NCBI RefSeq assembly: GCF_001677475.2
Contig: NZ_CP015229.1
DNA length: 64,000 bases
Reading direction: 5' to 3' (one strand)
Source: Escherichia coli
GTDB taxonomy: Bacteria > Pseudomonadota > Gammaproteobacteria > Enterobacterales > Enterobacteriaceae
This document shows, in pieces, positions 30,049-41,688 of the stretch (positions are counted from its first letter, which is position 1; every line of letters begins with the position of its first letter). A program made the translations under genes and the position numbers. The notes under the pieces are model-generated. The model was not told where the DNA came from and did not search any database. It was given only the letters and a program-made list of their open reading frames with translations.

Positions 30049-31548
30049 GTGACGCTCAATACTTCTCAGGTCAGTTACTATATGACTCAGCGTAAGAAAG
30101 GTATAACTCAGCATATCTCGGCCATGAAGGCTGGTATCTCAGTCCGTTCTGGTCGTCGGATCGAAAAAGGAGAGTGGGCAAAAAACAGTGTTCGGCACTG
30201 GCGCACACGCAAAGATCCTCTGGAAGCTGTGTGGGACAGCATGCTTGTTCCTCTGTTGAAAGAGAGGCCGGCTCTGACACCAACAACTCTACTGGAGATG
30301 CTACAGGATAAATATCCCGGCCAGTACCCCAACAGCCTTCGAAGAACAATGCAACGGCGGGTTCGCGAATGGAAACTACAGTATGGTACAGAGCAGGAGG
30401 TCATGTTCCGCCAGCAACATCAGCCCGGCCTGCGAGGCCTGTCGGACTTTACTGAACTGAAAGGTGTAGTTGTCACCATCGCCGGTAAGTTGTTGGCGCA
30501 TAAGTTGTATCACTTCCGTCTGGAATGGAGCCACTGGAGCTGGATGCGGGTTGTTCTGGGTGGTGAGAGCTTCTCTGCTCTGGCTGAAGGCCTGCAGGAA
30601 GCCCTCGGACAACTGGGCGGAGTGCCGGTAGAACATAAAACGGACAGCCTGAGGGCAGCATGGAAACAACAGGGCGAAGATGGACGCCGCGAGCTGACTG
30701 AGCGTTATGCTACTCTCTGTCAGCACTACGGAATGCAGGGCGTACACAATAATGCCGGTCGGGGCCACGAAAATGGCTCGGTTGAAAGTGCCCACGGACA
30801 TCTGAAAAGGCGTATCTGTCAGGCGCTGATACTGCGGGGCAGTAACGACTTCAGCACCATAGAAGAATATCAGGCCTTCATCACTCAGCAGGTTATGCGG
30901 CACAACCGTAACAATCAGGATCTGGTCAAGGAAGAACGTCTTCATCTGAAACCGCTGCCGCTTCGTCGCAGTGCTGACTATGATGAGCTGACTGTGAGGG
31001 TTAGTCGCAGCAGTACCATCAATGTGAAGCACGTCGTCTACAGCGTACCTTCCCGGCTTGTAGGTCAACTGTTACGGGTCAGGTTATGGGACGATCGTCT
31101 GAGCTGTTACGTTGGCAGCAGCGAGGTCATGAGCTGCCCTCGCGTCAGACCAGAAAAAGGGAAGACGCGGGCCCGTCGTATCGACTTCCGACATGTGATC
31201 GACAGTCTGGCAAAAAAGCCCGGTGCGTTCTGCCATGCAACGCTGAGAAATGACATCCTGCCGGACGATGAATGGCGGAGGCTGTGGCGTCGCTTATGTA
31301 ATCATCTGGAGCCCGATATGGCAGGAAGGCTGATGGTACATGCCCTGAAACTGGCTGCAGGATACGACGATATCTCAGTCGTGGCAAAAGGTATGGAGCA
31401 GATGCTGAATACCCCGGGAAACGTGGATCTGCACCGGCTGATGCGCTTCCTGGGTATAAAAGAAAAGGCGTTGCCGGTAGTCAATGTGATACAGCATAAC
31501 CTGAGCAGTTATGAGCAACTACTGCGTGGCAAGGGAGGTTCGCAGTGA
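30049..31548 (+). CDS. istA: IS21-family transposase IstA
   Basis: 499-aa ORF, N-terminal HTH, overlaps istB. Confidence 0.8.
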   Translation: MTLNTSQVSYYMTQRKKGITQHISAMKAGISVRSGRRIEKGEWAKNSVRHWRTRKDPLEAVWDSMLVPLLKERPALTPTTLLEMLQDKYPGQYPNSLRRTMQRRVREWKLQYGTEQEVMFRQQHQPGLRGLSDFTELKGVVVTIAGKLLAHKLYHFRLEWSHWSWMRVVLGGESFSALAEGLQEALGQLGGVPVEHKTDSLRAAWKQQGEDGRRELTERYATLCQHYGMQGVHNNAGRGHENGSVESAHGHLKRRICQALILRGSNDFSTIEEYQAFITQQVMRHNRNNQDLVKEERLHLKPLPLRRSADYDELTVRVSRSSTINVKHVVYSVPSRLVGQLLRVRLWDDRLSCYVGSSEVMSCPRVRPEKGKTRARRIDFRHVIDSLAKKPGAFCHATLRNDILPDDEWRRLWRRLCNHLEPDMAGRLMVHALKLAAGYDDISVVAKGMEQMLNTPGNVDLHRLMRFLGIKEKALPVVNVIQHNLSSYEQLLRGKGGSQ

Positions 31549-32300
31549 GCAATATCCATCACCTTGAACATAGCCTGCGTAAACTACGCCTGACACGAGT
31601 TGGAGCTGAATGGCACGCTCTGGAAAAACGAGCGCTGGCAGAAGGCTGGACACCATCGCGCTATCTTCTGACGCTATGCAATGAAGAACTCCTGTGGCGC
31701 GAGAGTGAAAAACTGCGTCGTTATAAAAAGGAGGCCCGGTTGCCAGTTGCCAAAACGCTGAGCGAATACGACTTCAGTCAGGTGCCGGAACTGAATGGAG
31801 CTCAGTTCCGGCAACTCTGTGAAACGACAGACTGGGTTGATGCAGGAGAAAACGTTCTGCTGTTCGGAGCCAGCGGGTTGGGGAAAAGCCATCTGGCGGC
31901 AGCGATCGTGGATGGCGTAGTAGGTCAGGGCTACCGGGCCCGGTTCTACAGCGCAGGAGAGCTGTTGCAGGAACTACGTAAAGCCAGAGCTCAGTTGAAA
32001 CTGAATGAGCTGCTACTGAAACTGGATCGCTACCGGGTGATAGTGGTGGATGATCTTGGCTATGTCAAACGCGATAGTGCCGAAACGGGTGTGCTGTTCG
32101 AGTTAATAGCGCATCGCTATGAACGTGGGAGCCTGGTGATAACCAGTAACCATCCGTTCAGCATGTGGGGCAGCATCTTCGTGGATGAGACTATGGCGGT
32201 GGCTGCGGCAGACAGGCTGATCCATCACGGATATATGTTCGAACTGAAAGGGGAAAGCTACAGGAAAAAGACAGCGAAGGCAGTAACAAGCGCGACTTGA
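31545..32300 (+). CDS. istB: IS21-family helper ATPase IstB
   Basis: 251-aa ORF with Walker A GASGLGKSHL and Walker B VVDDLG. Confidence 0.9.
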   Translation: MSNIHHLEHSLRKLRLTRVGAEWHALEKRALAEGWTPSRYLLTLCNEELLWRESEKLRRYKKEARLPVAKTLSEYDFSQVPELNGAQFRQLCETTDWVDAGENVLLFGASGLGKSHLAAAIVDGVVGQGYRARFYSAGELLQELRKARAQLKLNELLLKLDRYRVIVVDDLGYVKRDSAETGVLFELIAHRYERGSLVITSNHPFSMWGSIFVDETMAVAAADRLIHHGYMFELKGESYRKKTAKAVTSAT

Positions 32301-32450
32301 TGTCGCCCTGAAGGGTGCGGCCAGTATAGTTGGCGCGAGTCGGCAAAACTAGTTGACGTCTAATAGTTTAAATTTTATCTGGAGCAACACGGCTGGATCG
32401 TTGCCCGTAAAGAACAACTGGTGGAACGGTTGATGCGGTTTTAATGCATG

Positions 32451-32481
32451 CAAAACCCCGGATGATCACCGGGGTTAATTT
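32451..32481. terminator. bidirectional hairpin terminator downstream of tfa
   Basis: CCCCGGATGATCACCGGGG hairpin flanked by A-run and T-run. Confidence 0.55.
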
Positions 32482-33068
32482 TATCGAGCGTGATTGCCGC
32501 TAATCGCCATCTCTCTGATTGAGCGTAAATCATCCAGGCTGCTCAGTTCCTCTTTCATCTCCCGCTGACGTTCGTGGATTTTAAAGCCCTCCGCCACCAT
32601 GGCCACCATCATGGCATCGTTCAGCGCAATAAGTTTCTCCCTGGTCAGTACGACGTTATTATTATCCGCATCAGTCCAGAAAAATCCCTCCGGAAGCAGT
32701 CCGGCCTGTGCTGTTGCAACCACGGGGGCAAGGCGTGACTGCGAGGTTTTTCCGCCATCAAAACGACGGCCATCAAACGTGAAAATAAACTCAACGTTTT
32801 CCTGACTGTCGCGCCATGCCTCAATTTCCCGCCTTTTGGCATCCTTTGCCGCTGCAATAAGTTCCGGCGTGACGGTGAACGGGGCGATTTCGCCCCATTT
32901 CCCGCTTTGCAGCTCCTGCCAGACATGCTGGCCTGTCGGGGCCATATCATCCTGTATGGCGGTATACAGGACGAACTCCGTTTCACCTTCAAATAACACC
33001 TCGCAGTCAACCGCACCATTTTCAAGATAATGCGCGTTTCTGATGCCTTTCACCGCTCTGATTTTCAT
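32481..33068 (-). CDS. tfa: tail fiber assembly protein Tfa
   Basis: 195-aa ORF directly downstream of side tail fiber gene. Confidence 0.8.
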   Translation of the reverse strand: MKIRAVKGIRNAHYLENGAVDCEVLFEGETEFVLYTAIQDDMAPTGQHVWQELQSGKWGEIAPFTVTPELIAAAKDAKRREIEAWRDSQENVEFIFTFDGRRFDGGKTSQSRLAPVVATAQAGLLPEGFFWTDADNNNVVLTREKLIALNDAMMVAMVAEGFKIHERQREMKEELSSLDDLRSIREMAISGNHAR

Positions 33069-33082
33069 GTCTTATTTCCTTA

Positions 33083-35179
33083 TTACTCAATGCGTACAAA
33101 AAGACCGATATAGCCACGCGTTGTATCGTGACTAATGCGGGTCCCCGAAAGCGCCGTGTAACGACCGGGGAAGTTGTATTCACCAGCACCGCCAATCACA
33201 ACCTGCGGTGAGGATGCGTATGTCCCTGTATCGCTAACCCGTGCACTCATAGCCAGAGGGCCAAGACGGGAACCCGGCACAATATCACCGAGCCCCAGAG
33301 ACGCATCTGCACCAAAACTCTCCCCCTGATATGCCGCCATAATCGGCACACCAACGGCCGGGTATTTATAATATGAGCCTGAGCCCGCCATCCTGGACAG
33401 CAGGTACGCCAGTGAATCTCCGTCGTATACAACTACCCGCGATGACATGTTCCAGCTGTTATCGCTGTCGTTGTACCGGTACTGCATATAGTGAATACAG
33501 TGTTCACCCTGATAATACTGGTTGTAGCACATCAGGGTTTTAAATTTGCGGACTGTGTCGGATTCACTGTTGGCGTACGGTGACCACATCACATCAATAA
33601 TGCCGTTAAATTGCGTGGTACCGGTAAGCAGTTGCGAGGAGTCTGTAATACTGACCGCATACCGCCCCGGCGTGACTTTCTTCAACCACTCAACGAAATC
33701 AGACAGCCCCTCAAACGCCAGAGCGTCAGTGCTGGTGAATGCCTGTCCAAACCCATACATCCCGGACAGGGCCAGCCTGCCCGGTGTGCGGTCACGGATA
33801 TCACTCTGGGGTTCCATCGTCGCAGCCGCGTTCAGCTCAAGCTCCGTGCGCATGGCTTCAGCCGTGTCATGCGCCAGTAATGCGCGGCCCTTCTCTGACA
33901 GCAGAGACAGTGAGGCATTCCCGTCTGTATTGAAGTACAGAAGATTATCTGCCCGTTGCGTCAGTGCGCTGATTGCCGTTAAGACGTCATTAAGCGGTTG
34001 TTTGCCTGCCAGCGCGTTTGTGATTGTCGTCGCAAAGTTCGGGTCATTGCCCAGCGCCGCTGCCAGCTCGTTCAGGGTGTCCAGAACTTCCGGCGATGAG
34101 CCAACCAGCGCAGCAAGCAGTTTGCGCACAAACGCTGCGTTCGCTGCTTCCAGACCGGCGGCATCATCCGGTGGGGTTGGGGTGGTTGGGGTGCCGGTGA
34201 AGGCCGGACTGTCCAGTGGCGCTTTTGTTTTCGCCTCGTCCATGACGTCTTTGACAGCCTTTGGCGTGGCAGCCAGTTCCTCGCTGTCGTTGTCCGTATC
34301 ACTACAGAGTTGCACCAGACCTTTTTCTGTCGTGGAGGCATTTGTTGCATTCAGGTCATCAACTATCTGCTGCGCCTCATCCCTGTACTGTTTCGCTTCC
34401 TGCGCATTGTCTGCACCTGCATCCTGGCTGGCTTTAGCCTGTCGGGCGTATTCGGCGGCACTGTTTTTGTGCCCCAGCGCCGCATTTGCCGACAGTTCTG
34501 AACTGGTCGCTGCTGATGATGCGGCATTATGATAAAGGCGGGCGCGTTCGGCGGCATCGACTGATTCGTCCCGCGCTGTGCCTGATGACTGTGCGCTGTT
34601 TTCTGCCTCACCCGCAAAACGTTCCGCATCATCACGGGCCGTTGCGGTTGTCGTCACATCCTGTGCCGTCTGCTGTGCGTTTCCGGCTGCAGCTTCGGCG
34701 CTCTGCTGTGTCTGATTTTTTAGCTCTTCTGCCTCATCCTTACTAACCGCCGCAGATGTTGCTGCATTGATTGCATCATCAGCAGCTGTTTCTGCTCTCT
34801 CCCTGTCACTGACCACCTGCTCAGACAAGCGAACAACGGTATTTACCATTTCCTCAAAACGCTTCATTACCTCAGGGCGTAAATCACCCTCCTTTGGTGC
34901 ATCCAGAAAAGCATTCAGCGTATCCGGCTCATCTGTCGGTGCAACATAAATTTCCCCCGCCTTTACAGGAGGATGCCCTGAGCGGGACAAAAATACATCA
35001 TAAAATCCCGGCTCAGCATTAATAGTATACCCGCCATCACTTCCCGTAAGACAGGTTGCCACAATATTAACCACAACTGTCGGACTGGTTCTTCTGGCTC
35101 GCAATTCAATCGCACAGTTTACGACAGGCTCACCCGCTCCGTCCTTCAGGACACCTGAAATCTTTACTGCCATATTCAC
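33083..35179 (-). CDS. stf: side tail fiber protein Stf
   Basis: 698 aa; N-terminus MAVKISGVLKDG... matches conserved lambda Stf N-terminal domain; Ala/Ser-rich shaft. Confidence 0.85.
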   Translation of the reverse strand: MNMAVKISGVLKDGAGEPVVNCAIELRARRTSPTVVVNIVATCLTGSDGGYTINAEPGFYDVFLSRSGHPPVKAGEIYVAPTDEPDTLNAFLDAPKEGDLRPEVMKRFEEMVNTVVRLSEQVVSDRERAETAADDAINAATSAAVSKDEAEELKNQTQQSAEAAAGNAQQTAQDVTTTATARDDAERFAGEAENSAQSSGTARDESVDAAERARLYHNAASSAATSSELSANAALGHKNSAAEYARQAKASQDAGADNAQEAKQYRDEAQQIVDDLNATNASTTEKGLVQLCSDTDNDSEELAATPKAVKDVMDEAKTKAPLDSPAFTGTPTTPTPPDDAAGLEAANAAFVRKLLAALVGSSPEVLDTLNELAAALGNDPNFATTITNALAGKQPLNDVLTAISALTQRADNLLYFNTDGNASLSLLSEKGRALLAHDTAEAMRTELELNAAATMEPQSDIRDRTPGRLALSGMYGFGQAFTSTDALAFEGLSDFVEWLKKVTPGRYAVSITDSSQLLTGTTQFNGIIDVMWSPYANSESDTVRKFKTLMCYNQYYQGEHCIHYMQYRYNDSDNSWNMSSRVVVYDGDSLAYLLSRMAGSGSYYKYPAVGVPIMAAYQGESFGADASLGLGDIVPGSRLGPLAMSARVSDTGTYASSPQVVIGGAGEYNFPGRYTALSGTRISHDTTRGYIGLFVRIE

Positions 35180-35238
35180 CCCACAAAAAAGCCCGCCTGA
35201 ACCCGGCGGGCTGTCATAACACTGTGTTACCTGGCTAA

Positions 35239-35838
35239 TCAGAACTTATAACCGACACCCACGATGAAACCGTCAGTGCGCCAGTCGCCACTGCCGGAGC
35301 CTTCATAAGCAATATCAATAGCCACGGATTCGGTCGGGTTAAACTGCACGCCAGCTCCCCACGCCAGAGACGTGTTGCTGTGGCGACCGTCATCACTTCC
35401 GGTCAGCACATCGTGCGTTTTCCCCTTATTGTCAGTTACGCGGAGATAATCCCCGGAGAAAGTCGACACACGGCTGTAAGCCACACCCGCCATCGCATAC
35501 GCGCTGAACCATTCATTCACGCGCACAGACGGCCCCGCCATTACGCTGAACCAGCGGTTACGAACGGAATCTTCATGCCAGCGGGTATCGCTGTAACGGG
35601 TCAGCTGGCGATTCTTGTCTCCTGCATAGCTGAATGACGTCACCATACCCAGTGTGTCCGTAAACTCATAACGGTATTTCACGTTAATCCCGTTCAGATC
35701 ATCGCTGCCGGGAACGTTCGTCGAGACATGAAGATACCCCGCGCTCAGCGTGGACTGATGTTCAGACGCCCATGCAGGCGCACCGGATAAGGCCAGACAA
35801 ATGGCTGCGGACAAAATGGCGGCATAAAGTTTACGCAT
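35239..35838 (-). CDS. lom: Lom/Ail-family outer membrane protein
   Basis: 199-aa ORF with signal peptide and C-terminal GVGYKF; lambda position between J and stf. Confidence 0.85.
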   Translation of the reverse strand: MRKLYAAILSAAICLALSGAPAWASEHQSTLSAGYLHVSTNVPGSDDLNGINVKYRYEFTDTLGMVTSFSYAGDKNRQLTRYSDTRWHEDSVRNRWFSVMAGPSVRVNEWFSAYAMAGVAYSRVSTFSGDYLRVTDNKGKTHDVLTGSDDGRHSNTSLAWGAGVQFNPTESVAIDIAYEGSGSGDWRTDGFIVGVGYKF

Positions 35839-35904
35839 AATTACCTCTCGCTTTTCTGCAATAAAAAAGGCGTCATTTCTGACGCCCGTTATGGGTTATA
35901 AAAT

Positions 35905-38900
35905 TCAGCTGATACTGATACCTGCTGTGGATTTCTTCATCACCACAACCAGCAGATCGCTGATACTGGTTGTTGGTGTCCAGTTATTCGCTCCTGATGA
36001 AGATACGGTGAATGTCAGTGTCAGCGCCCCCTGTCCGGCAGGCATATCTATAACTGAGGAAAATACGCCCTGAGCATCCGTCGTGGACTGATTAAAAATC
36101 TCCTGACCATTGCGGGTCACTCTTAACCGGCAGGTTGAATACCAGTATGACTGTTGGTTATTACTGTTGAAATTCTCATGCTTACCACCACGGAACAACA
36201 CTGGCGGTATCATGACCTGCCGGTCAAATTTCTGATCATCACTGATTCTTACCGTGATGGTGCCACTGGCATAACTGTTCGTGCGGGGGAAAGACTTGCT
36301 GACCGTTTTGACAATATCGCCTTCAATCTGGTTGGCTGACAGTTTCCCCTTAATCTGACAGTTCTCATTTATCGTGACGTTGTTGAGCGTCCCGGAGTTC
36401 GCATTCACGTTACCGCTGATATCGGCATTTTTAGCGGTCAGCTTTCCGTCCGGTGTCAGGGAAAATGCAGGAGGATTACCGCCGCTGGTAATGGTGGGAG
36501 CCGTCAGATATTTCAGGAACACTTCATTCATGAATATCTGATCACCCTGACCAACAAACATCGGTTTTGTGTTGCCATTTGCAGGATTAATCATCGCAAT
36601 CCTGTCTGCCGCCAGCAGCACCTGACTCTGCATGCCGTCGGGGGTGTTCTCAATACCGGCACCGATACCCGCAATATAAAGGCGACCATCCTGCATCTGC
36701 TGCAGTTTCACGGCCCACATACTGTTCAGGTTATTACTGGTGTCCGTCTGAACCTTTTGTATCTGCTGGATGGTGGCCTCCTGATCTCCCAGCTTCTGGT
36801 CCGTTGTCGTCATGATTTCACTGCTTTTTTGATCCACATACTGGCGAACCTGCGCTATCTGGCGTGCATTCTCCTCATTACTCTGACTGACCGTCTGCGT
36901 GAGTTCGCTGCTGACGTTATCCACTCTCTGGCTCACCTGTGATATACCCAGTGACAGCTCATCATTTTTTTTCGCAACCAGCTGCGTGAGGCTGTTTTCT
37001 GTCTCCCCGATTTTTTGGGTCACTTCAGCAATATCACTCTCTATCTGCTGATTGATCTCATCCTCCAGTTGCTCAACTTCACTGCGCAATGCCGAGGCAT
37101 TAATACGATCGTTCAGCTCCTGCCCCAGCAGGGTGCTGTTTATTTTCCCTTCAAAAAAATGGAGATATTTCTCAGCATCGTTACCCGGCTGGCCAACAGC
37201 CTCCACAAATGCCGATTTGCCGACGGTATTCACACTGCGAACGTAAAAATAATAATTATTGCCCGGCTCAATATCCGGTCCGGAGGCTATCCAGTACAGC
37301 GCCGTACCAAGATAGCGGGCTGTGGTTTCAACCTGCCTGATATCGATAATCCGCTTTTCCGATAACCAGAACTCAAACTGTACCGTCGGGTCATATACAG
37401 CCAGTTTCGGGACCGCCGTTATCTGAAAATACCCCGGTATCAGTTCAATAGTGACAGGCGCTACCGGTGCCGCAATCCGGAACGATACCGACGCCGGATC
37501 ACCCTGCTGCCCCCGGGCATTTACCGCCCGGACCGTCAGCATATAACGCCCCAGCGCCAGTTGTCTGAAGCGGTATGTGGTTTCCGTCGTCCGGGCTGTG
37601 CTGACCAGCCGCTCACTGCCGTCGTCCGCTGCCACGGTCAGGCGAAGCATGAAGCTCACGCCCTTCACCACCTTCGGCGTGTCCCAGCGGGCCAGTACCT
37701 GATACTCCCCGCTGTCTGCGGTGACTTCGGCGGTAAGGTGCTGCACCGCTGGCGGCGTGACACCATTCACCGTGCCGCTCTGGTCGCCGTCAAAGTGCGC
37801 CCCGTTATCCACGATGGCTTCTTTTTCCGGTACATGCTGCACGGCAGTGATGGCATACGTGCCGTCGTCGTTCTCACGGATACTCACGCAGCGGAACAGG
37901 CGCTGGCGCAGCGTCGGCAGCTTCAGCCCCCACACGCTGTATTCTGCAACGCCGTCAGGAACACGGCTCACTTTCACCTTCATGCCGTCGGTGACGGACT
38001 GAACCTCCACGCTGACCGGATTGCCATTTCCGTCAACCAGGCTTATCAGAGTGGTGCCGGAGGATGGCAGCGTGATTTCACGGTCGAGCGTCAGCGTCCG
38101 GGTCTGGCTGTTCACCGCCAGCACGCGACCACCGATGCTGATACCCGCATAGTCATCATCGCAGATTTCAATGATATCGCCCGGCACATGGCGAAGCCCT
38201 TCGGCACCCACGCTGAAGTCCACGGTCTGCGTTTCCAGCAGTTCCGTTTTAATCAGCCACAGCCCGGCGCGGTGCGCCTGCCCCCGGCTGGTACAGCCAA
38301 AGGCATCCATCTTCGTGACGTTACGACCGTAACGGGCAATGGCCTGCGTGTCCTCCACAAGCTCTGTTGCCGTCTCCCAGCCGTTGTCCGGGTCAATCCA
38401 GTTCACCTCAACGGCATTATGGCGGTCCTTCAGGGCGCTGAAGCTGTAGCGGAACGGCGCGCCGTCATCCGGCATCACCACATTACTGCGGTTATAGGTC
38501 CACACCTTATCCGACGGCCGGTCCTGCACGAACGTCAGCGTCTGCCCGTTCCATACCGGCATACAGCGCATCGCCGAGCAGAAATCACTGAGCACATCCC
38601 ACGCCTTACGCTGTGTTGTCAGGTAAGCATTACAGGTGATGCGCGGCTCCGTGCCGCCAAAGCCGTCCGGCACTGACTGGTCGCAGTACTGGCCGATGAC
38701 ATACAGCGCCCATTTATCCACATCCGCCGCACCAAGACGTTTCCCCATGCCGTAGCGCGGATGGGTCAGCATATCCCACAGACACCAGGCCATGTTGTTG
38801 CTGTATGCCGGTTTAAACGTTCCGTCCCAGATACTGCTGTATTGCCGCGTCTGCGGGTTATAGTTCGACGGCACCTGCAGAATGCGCCCGCGAAGATGAT

Positions 38901-39606
38901 AATTACGACTCACCTGCTGGCTGCCGAACTGCTCCGAGTCCACCTGTACACCGACCAGTGCCGTGTTCGGGTAGCCCTGTTTCACATCGATGATTTCGGT
39001 GTATGACGACCAGAGCGTTTTGTTCTGCAGCTGGTCTGTAGTGCTGTCCGGCGTCATCCTGCGCATCCGGATACTGAACGGGCGCGGCGGCAGGTTACCC
39101 ACCACCACCGAGGCCAGATACTGTGAGGTGGTTTTTCCCTTAATGGTGATGTCTTTTTCCGTCACCCAGCCACCGTTACGTTGTATCTGAACCAGCAGGC
39201 GGACTTCCGACGGATTCCGGTCCCCCTTTGAGGTGGTTTCCACCAGTGCCTGCACACCGAAGGTAAAGCGCAGACGGTCGATGTTTGCAGACGTGATGGT
39301 CCGGGTAATCGGCGTGTCGTACTTCACTTCCGTACCCAGCACCGTCTCGGAGCCGGAGGATTCAAATCCCTCCGGCGGTGTCTGCTCCTGCTCACCTGCA
39401 CGGAACACCACCGTGACACCGGAGATATTGGTATTCCCCTCACTGTCCAGCACCGGCGTACTGTTCAGCAGCACGCTTTTTAATCCATCCACCGGACCTT
39501 CAACCGGCCCTTCGCTGATGGCATCGATCACACTCAGCAACTGCGTGGACTTCAGGTTATCCTTCGCTTCGCGCGGGGTATGCCCCTTACTGCTGCCTTT
39601 ACCCAT
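35905..39606 (-). CDS. host specificity (central tail fiber) protein J
   Basis: 1233-aa ORF with lambda J-like N-terminus and fibronectin-like middle. Confidence 0.9.
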   Translation of the reverse strand: MGKGSSKGHTPREAKDNLKSTQLLSVIDAISEGPVEGPVDGLKSVLLNSTPVLDSEGNTNISGVTVVFRAGEQEQTPPEGFESSGSETVLGTEVKYDTPITRTITSANIDRLRFTFGVQALVETTSKGDRNPSEVRLLVQIQRNGGWVTEKDITIKGKTTSQYLASVVVGNLPPRPFSIRMRRMTPDSTTDQLQNKTLWSSYTEIIDVKQGYPNTALVGVQVDSEQFGSQQVSRNYHLRGRILQVPSNYNPQTRQYSSIWDGTFKPAYSNNMAWCLWDMLTHPRYGMGKRLGAADVDKWALYVIGQYCDQSVPDGFGGTEPRITCNAYLTTQRKAWDVLSDFCSAMRCMPVWNGQTLTFVQDRPSDKVWTYNRSNVVMPDDGAPFRYSFSALKDRHNAVEVNWIDPDNGWETATELVEDTQAIARYGRNVTKMDAFGCTSRGQAHRAGLWLIKTELLETQTVDFSVGAEGLRHVPGDIIEICDDDYAGISIGGRVLAVNSQTRTLTLDREITLPSSGTTLISLVDGNGNPVSVEVQSVTDGMKVKVSRVPDGVAEYSVWGLKLPTLRQRLFRCVSIRENDDGTYAITAVQHVPEKEAIVDNGAHFDGDQSGTVNGVTPPAVQHLTAEVTADSGEYQVLARWDTPKVVKGVSFMLRLTVAADDGSERLVSTARTTETTYRFRQLALGRYMLTVRAVNARGQQGDPASVSFRIAAPVAPVTIELIPGYFQITAVPKLAVYDPTVQFEFWLSEKRIIDIRQVETTARYLGTALYWIASGPDIEPGNNYYFYVRSVNTVGKSAFVEAVGQPGNDAEKYLHFFEGKINSTLLGQELNDRINASALRSEVEQLEDEINQQIESDIAEVTQKIGETENSLTQLVAKKNDELSLGISQVSQRVDNVSSELTQTVSQSNEENARQIAQVRQYVDQKSSEIMTTTDQKLGDQEATIQQIQKVQTDTSNNLNSMWAVKLQQMQDGRLYIAGIGAGIENTPDGMQSQVLLAADRIAMINPANGNTKPMFVGQGDQIFMNEVFLKYLTAPTITSGGNPPAFSLTPDGKLTAKNADISGNVNANSGTLNNVTINENCQIKGKLSANQIEGDIVKTVSKSFPRTNSYASGTITVRISDDQKFDRQVMIPPVLFRGGKHENFNSNNQQSYWYSTCRLRVTRNGQEIFNQSTTDAQGVFSSVIDMPAGQGALTLTFTVSSSGANNWTPTTSISDLLVVVMKKSTAGISIS

Positions 39607-39666
39607 TCCTCACGCTCCATAAACGACAAAACCGCCCGCAGGCGGTTTCACATAAAACATTTTGCA

Positions 39667-40338
39667 TCAGCGACCAATCACCACAACCTGACCACCGTCC
39701 CCCTCGTCTGCCGTGCTGATCTCCTGAGAAGCCACCCGCGACCCCACGCGCATTTCACCGTACAGAACAGGCAGAACATTGCCCTGGGCAACCATGTTAT
39801 CCAGTGAGGAGAAATAGGTGTTCTGCTTACCGTTATCCGTTGTCTGTGTACGGGGAGTTCTGGCTTTCGGTGCCAGCATCTGCGCCACACCACCAAGTAC
39901 CATACTGGCACCGAGAGAAAACAGGATACCGGTCATACCACCGGCCCCAATGGCTGCCCCCCATGCTGCAAGGGTGGCTCCGGCAGTAAAGAATGATCCG
40001 GCAATGGCGGCAGCCCCCAGGACAATCTGGAATACGCCACCTGACTTGGCCCCGGCGACTCTGGGAACAATATGAATCACAGCGCCATCAGGCAGAGTCT
40101 CATGTAACTGCGCCGTTAACCCGGACGTGCTGACGTCCCGCCCGGCAATCCGTACCTGATACCAGCCGTCGCTCAGTTTCTGACGAAACGCCGGGATCTG
40201 CATGACCAGCGCCCGGATGGCTTCGGCCCCCGTTTTCACACGAAGGTCGATGCGGCGGCCAAATCGTTGTAAATCCCCGTAAAGGCAGATGCGTGCCATG
40301 CCCGGTGACGCCAGAGGGAGTGTGTGCGTCGCTGCCAT
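39667..40338 (-). CDS. tail assembly protein I
   Basis: 223-aa ORF, lambda I position, Gly/Ala-rich hydrophobic C-terminal half. Confidence 0.8.
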   Translation of the reverse strand: MAATHTLPLASPGMARICLYGDLQRFGRRIDLRVKTGAEAIRALVMQIPAFRQKLSDGWYQVRIAGRDVSTSGLTAQLHETLPDGAVIHIVPRVAGAKSGGVFQIVLGAAAIAGSFFTAGATLAAWGAAIGAGGMTGILFSLGASMVLGGVAQMLAPKARTPRTQTTDNGKQNTYFSSLDNMVAQGNVLPVLYGEMRVGSRVASQEISTADEGDGGQVVVIGR

Positions 40339-40979
40339 TTGTCGGTATACCTCTCTCGTTTGCTCAGTTGTTCAGGAATATGGTGCAGCAGCTCGCCGTC
40401 GCCGCAGTAAATGGCGGCATGATTCGGCACCGATGAACCAAAACAGCACAGCAGCACATCGCCCGGTTGTGCTGATGACAACGGCACCTGATACAGCCCT
40501 GTGGCCTCCAGATTATCCAGATAGAGATTCTGGCCGTTACGCCACCAGTCATCCCCGCGATGAAAATCCGGCATCTCAATCCCCGCCAGATGGTAAGCAT
40601 CCCGGAACAGCGTGTAACAGTCCGTCACCCCGTACTCAAAGCGTCGCCCGGTAAGATGTGGCACACAGCGGAACTTGTGAATCGCCCCCCGGCAGACCAG
40701 CCACCACGGCAAATCACTCTGCACCTGCAGCCGCCTGTCGGCCTCACTCAGCCAGGGCAGTCCACCGGGGTGGCTGTGGACCAGCGCCACAATCTCACCC
40801 TGCATTTCTGCCCGCAGCCAGTCCTCCGGCGACATCCGGAAATACGCCTCCGGCTCACCGGAGATATTCACGCAGGGAAGATACCTGTCTCCCTCCGGCG
40901 TTCTCACCACGAAGCCGCACGATTCCGCAGGCGAACACCGCCGGGCGTGCGCCAGAATCGCTGATTCAGTCTGTGTCAT
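40236..40979 (-). CDS. tail assembly protein K (JAB/MPN + NlpC/P60 peptidase)
   Basis: ORF 40236-41027; start placed at MTQTESAILAHA; HSHP JAB motif and Cys-His peptidase motif. Confidence 0.8.
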   Translation of the reverse strand: MTQTESAILAHARRCSPAESCGFVVRTPEGDRYLPCVNISGEPEAYFRMSPEDWLRAEMQGEIVALVHSHPGGLPWLSEADRRLQVQSDLPWWLVCRGAIHKFRCVPHLTGRRFEYGVTDCYTLFRDAYHLAGIEMPDFHRGDDWWRNGQNLYLDNLEATGLYQVPLSSAQPGDVLLCCFGSSVPNHAAIYCGDGELLHHIPEQLSKRERYTDKWQRRTHSLWRHRAWHASAFTGIYNDLAAASTFV

Positions 40980-40989
40980 AAAATGGGAT

Positions 40990-41688
40990 TTACTGCGAAA
41001 GTTTGTTAATGGAAAGGAAGCCGCCAAAGTTGCCGACGTTATTGCGGTACTTACAACCGCTCAGGCATTTGCTGCATTTATCCTTCGTGATATCGGACGT
41101 TGGCTGGTCATATTCATCCGCGACCGCCGGACCGTGATAACCGCACTCATCGCCGCGATAGGTCCAGGTGCAGGTGTTGGCCAGCATGATACGTCCCGGA
41201 AAAACAGCGCCGTCCGTTTCCGTCGGCGTGGACAGTACAAAAGAGGCACTCACCGCGCTCAGTTCGCTGCACTGCTCAATGCGCCAGCGGCTGATCACCT
41301 CCTGCTCCGGATCGGCGTCACTGTTTCCGTTGACGAAGTTCACCGCATCCAGAAAACGGGCGTAAACCTTACGCCGGACCACCGTTCCGCCGACCAGACT
41401 CTGCAGATCTTCCGCCATCCCGGTGACCATACCGTACAGGTTAGAAACCGTCAGCGTGGGGCGCGTACTGGTGCCTTTGCCATTCAGTTCGAAACCACTC
41501 CCCTGAATGGGATACGCCTGATACTGTCGCCCCTGCCAGGTGACCGGCTCACCTTTTTCGTTCTGCTCATTACAGAAAAAATAACGTTCTCCACCAACCT
41601 CTGTCAGATCGATTTCCCAGAGCACCACGCTGGCCGACTGCTCCGCACGGGTGCATTCATTCAGTGTTTCCTGTCGGATATCCTGCAT
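40990..41688 (-). CDS. minor tail protein L
   Basis: 232-aa ORF with C-terminal Cys cluster; lambda order. Confidence 0.85.
   Translation of the reverse strand: MQDIRQETLNECTRAEQSASVVLWEIDLTEVGGERYFFCNEQNEKGEPVTWQGRQYQAYPIQGSGFELNGKGTSTRPTLTVSNLYGMVTGMAEDLQSLVGGTVVRRKVYARFLDAVNFVNGNSDADPEQEVISRWRIEQCSELSAVSASFVLSTPTETDGAVFPGRIMLANTCTWTYRGDECGYHGPAVADEYDQPTSDITKDKCSKCLSGCKYRNNVGNFGGFLSINKLSQ

Larger units (their letters stand above)
30000..32440 (+). mobile_element. IS21-family insertion sequence (istA-istB); termini approximate
   Basis: 499-aa IstA-like transposase followed by overlapping 251-aa IstB ATPase; ends not defined by eye. Confidence 0.6.

Noticed and set aside
30376-31068. 230-aa minus-strand ORF inside istA
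   Set aside because: Antisense to the IS21-family transposase gene; no support.
33546-34532. 328-aa plus-strand Ser/Ala-rich ORF
   Set aside because: Antisense to the side tail fiber gene; low-complexity translation typical of a shadow frame.
37561-38676. 371-aa plus-strand ORF inside the J gene
   Set aside because: Antisense shadow ORF in a GC-rich structural gene; no RBS, composition biased to Arg/Ala/His; the minus-strand J protein is clearly real.
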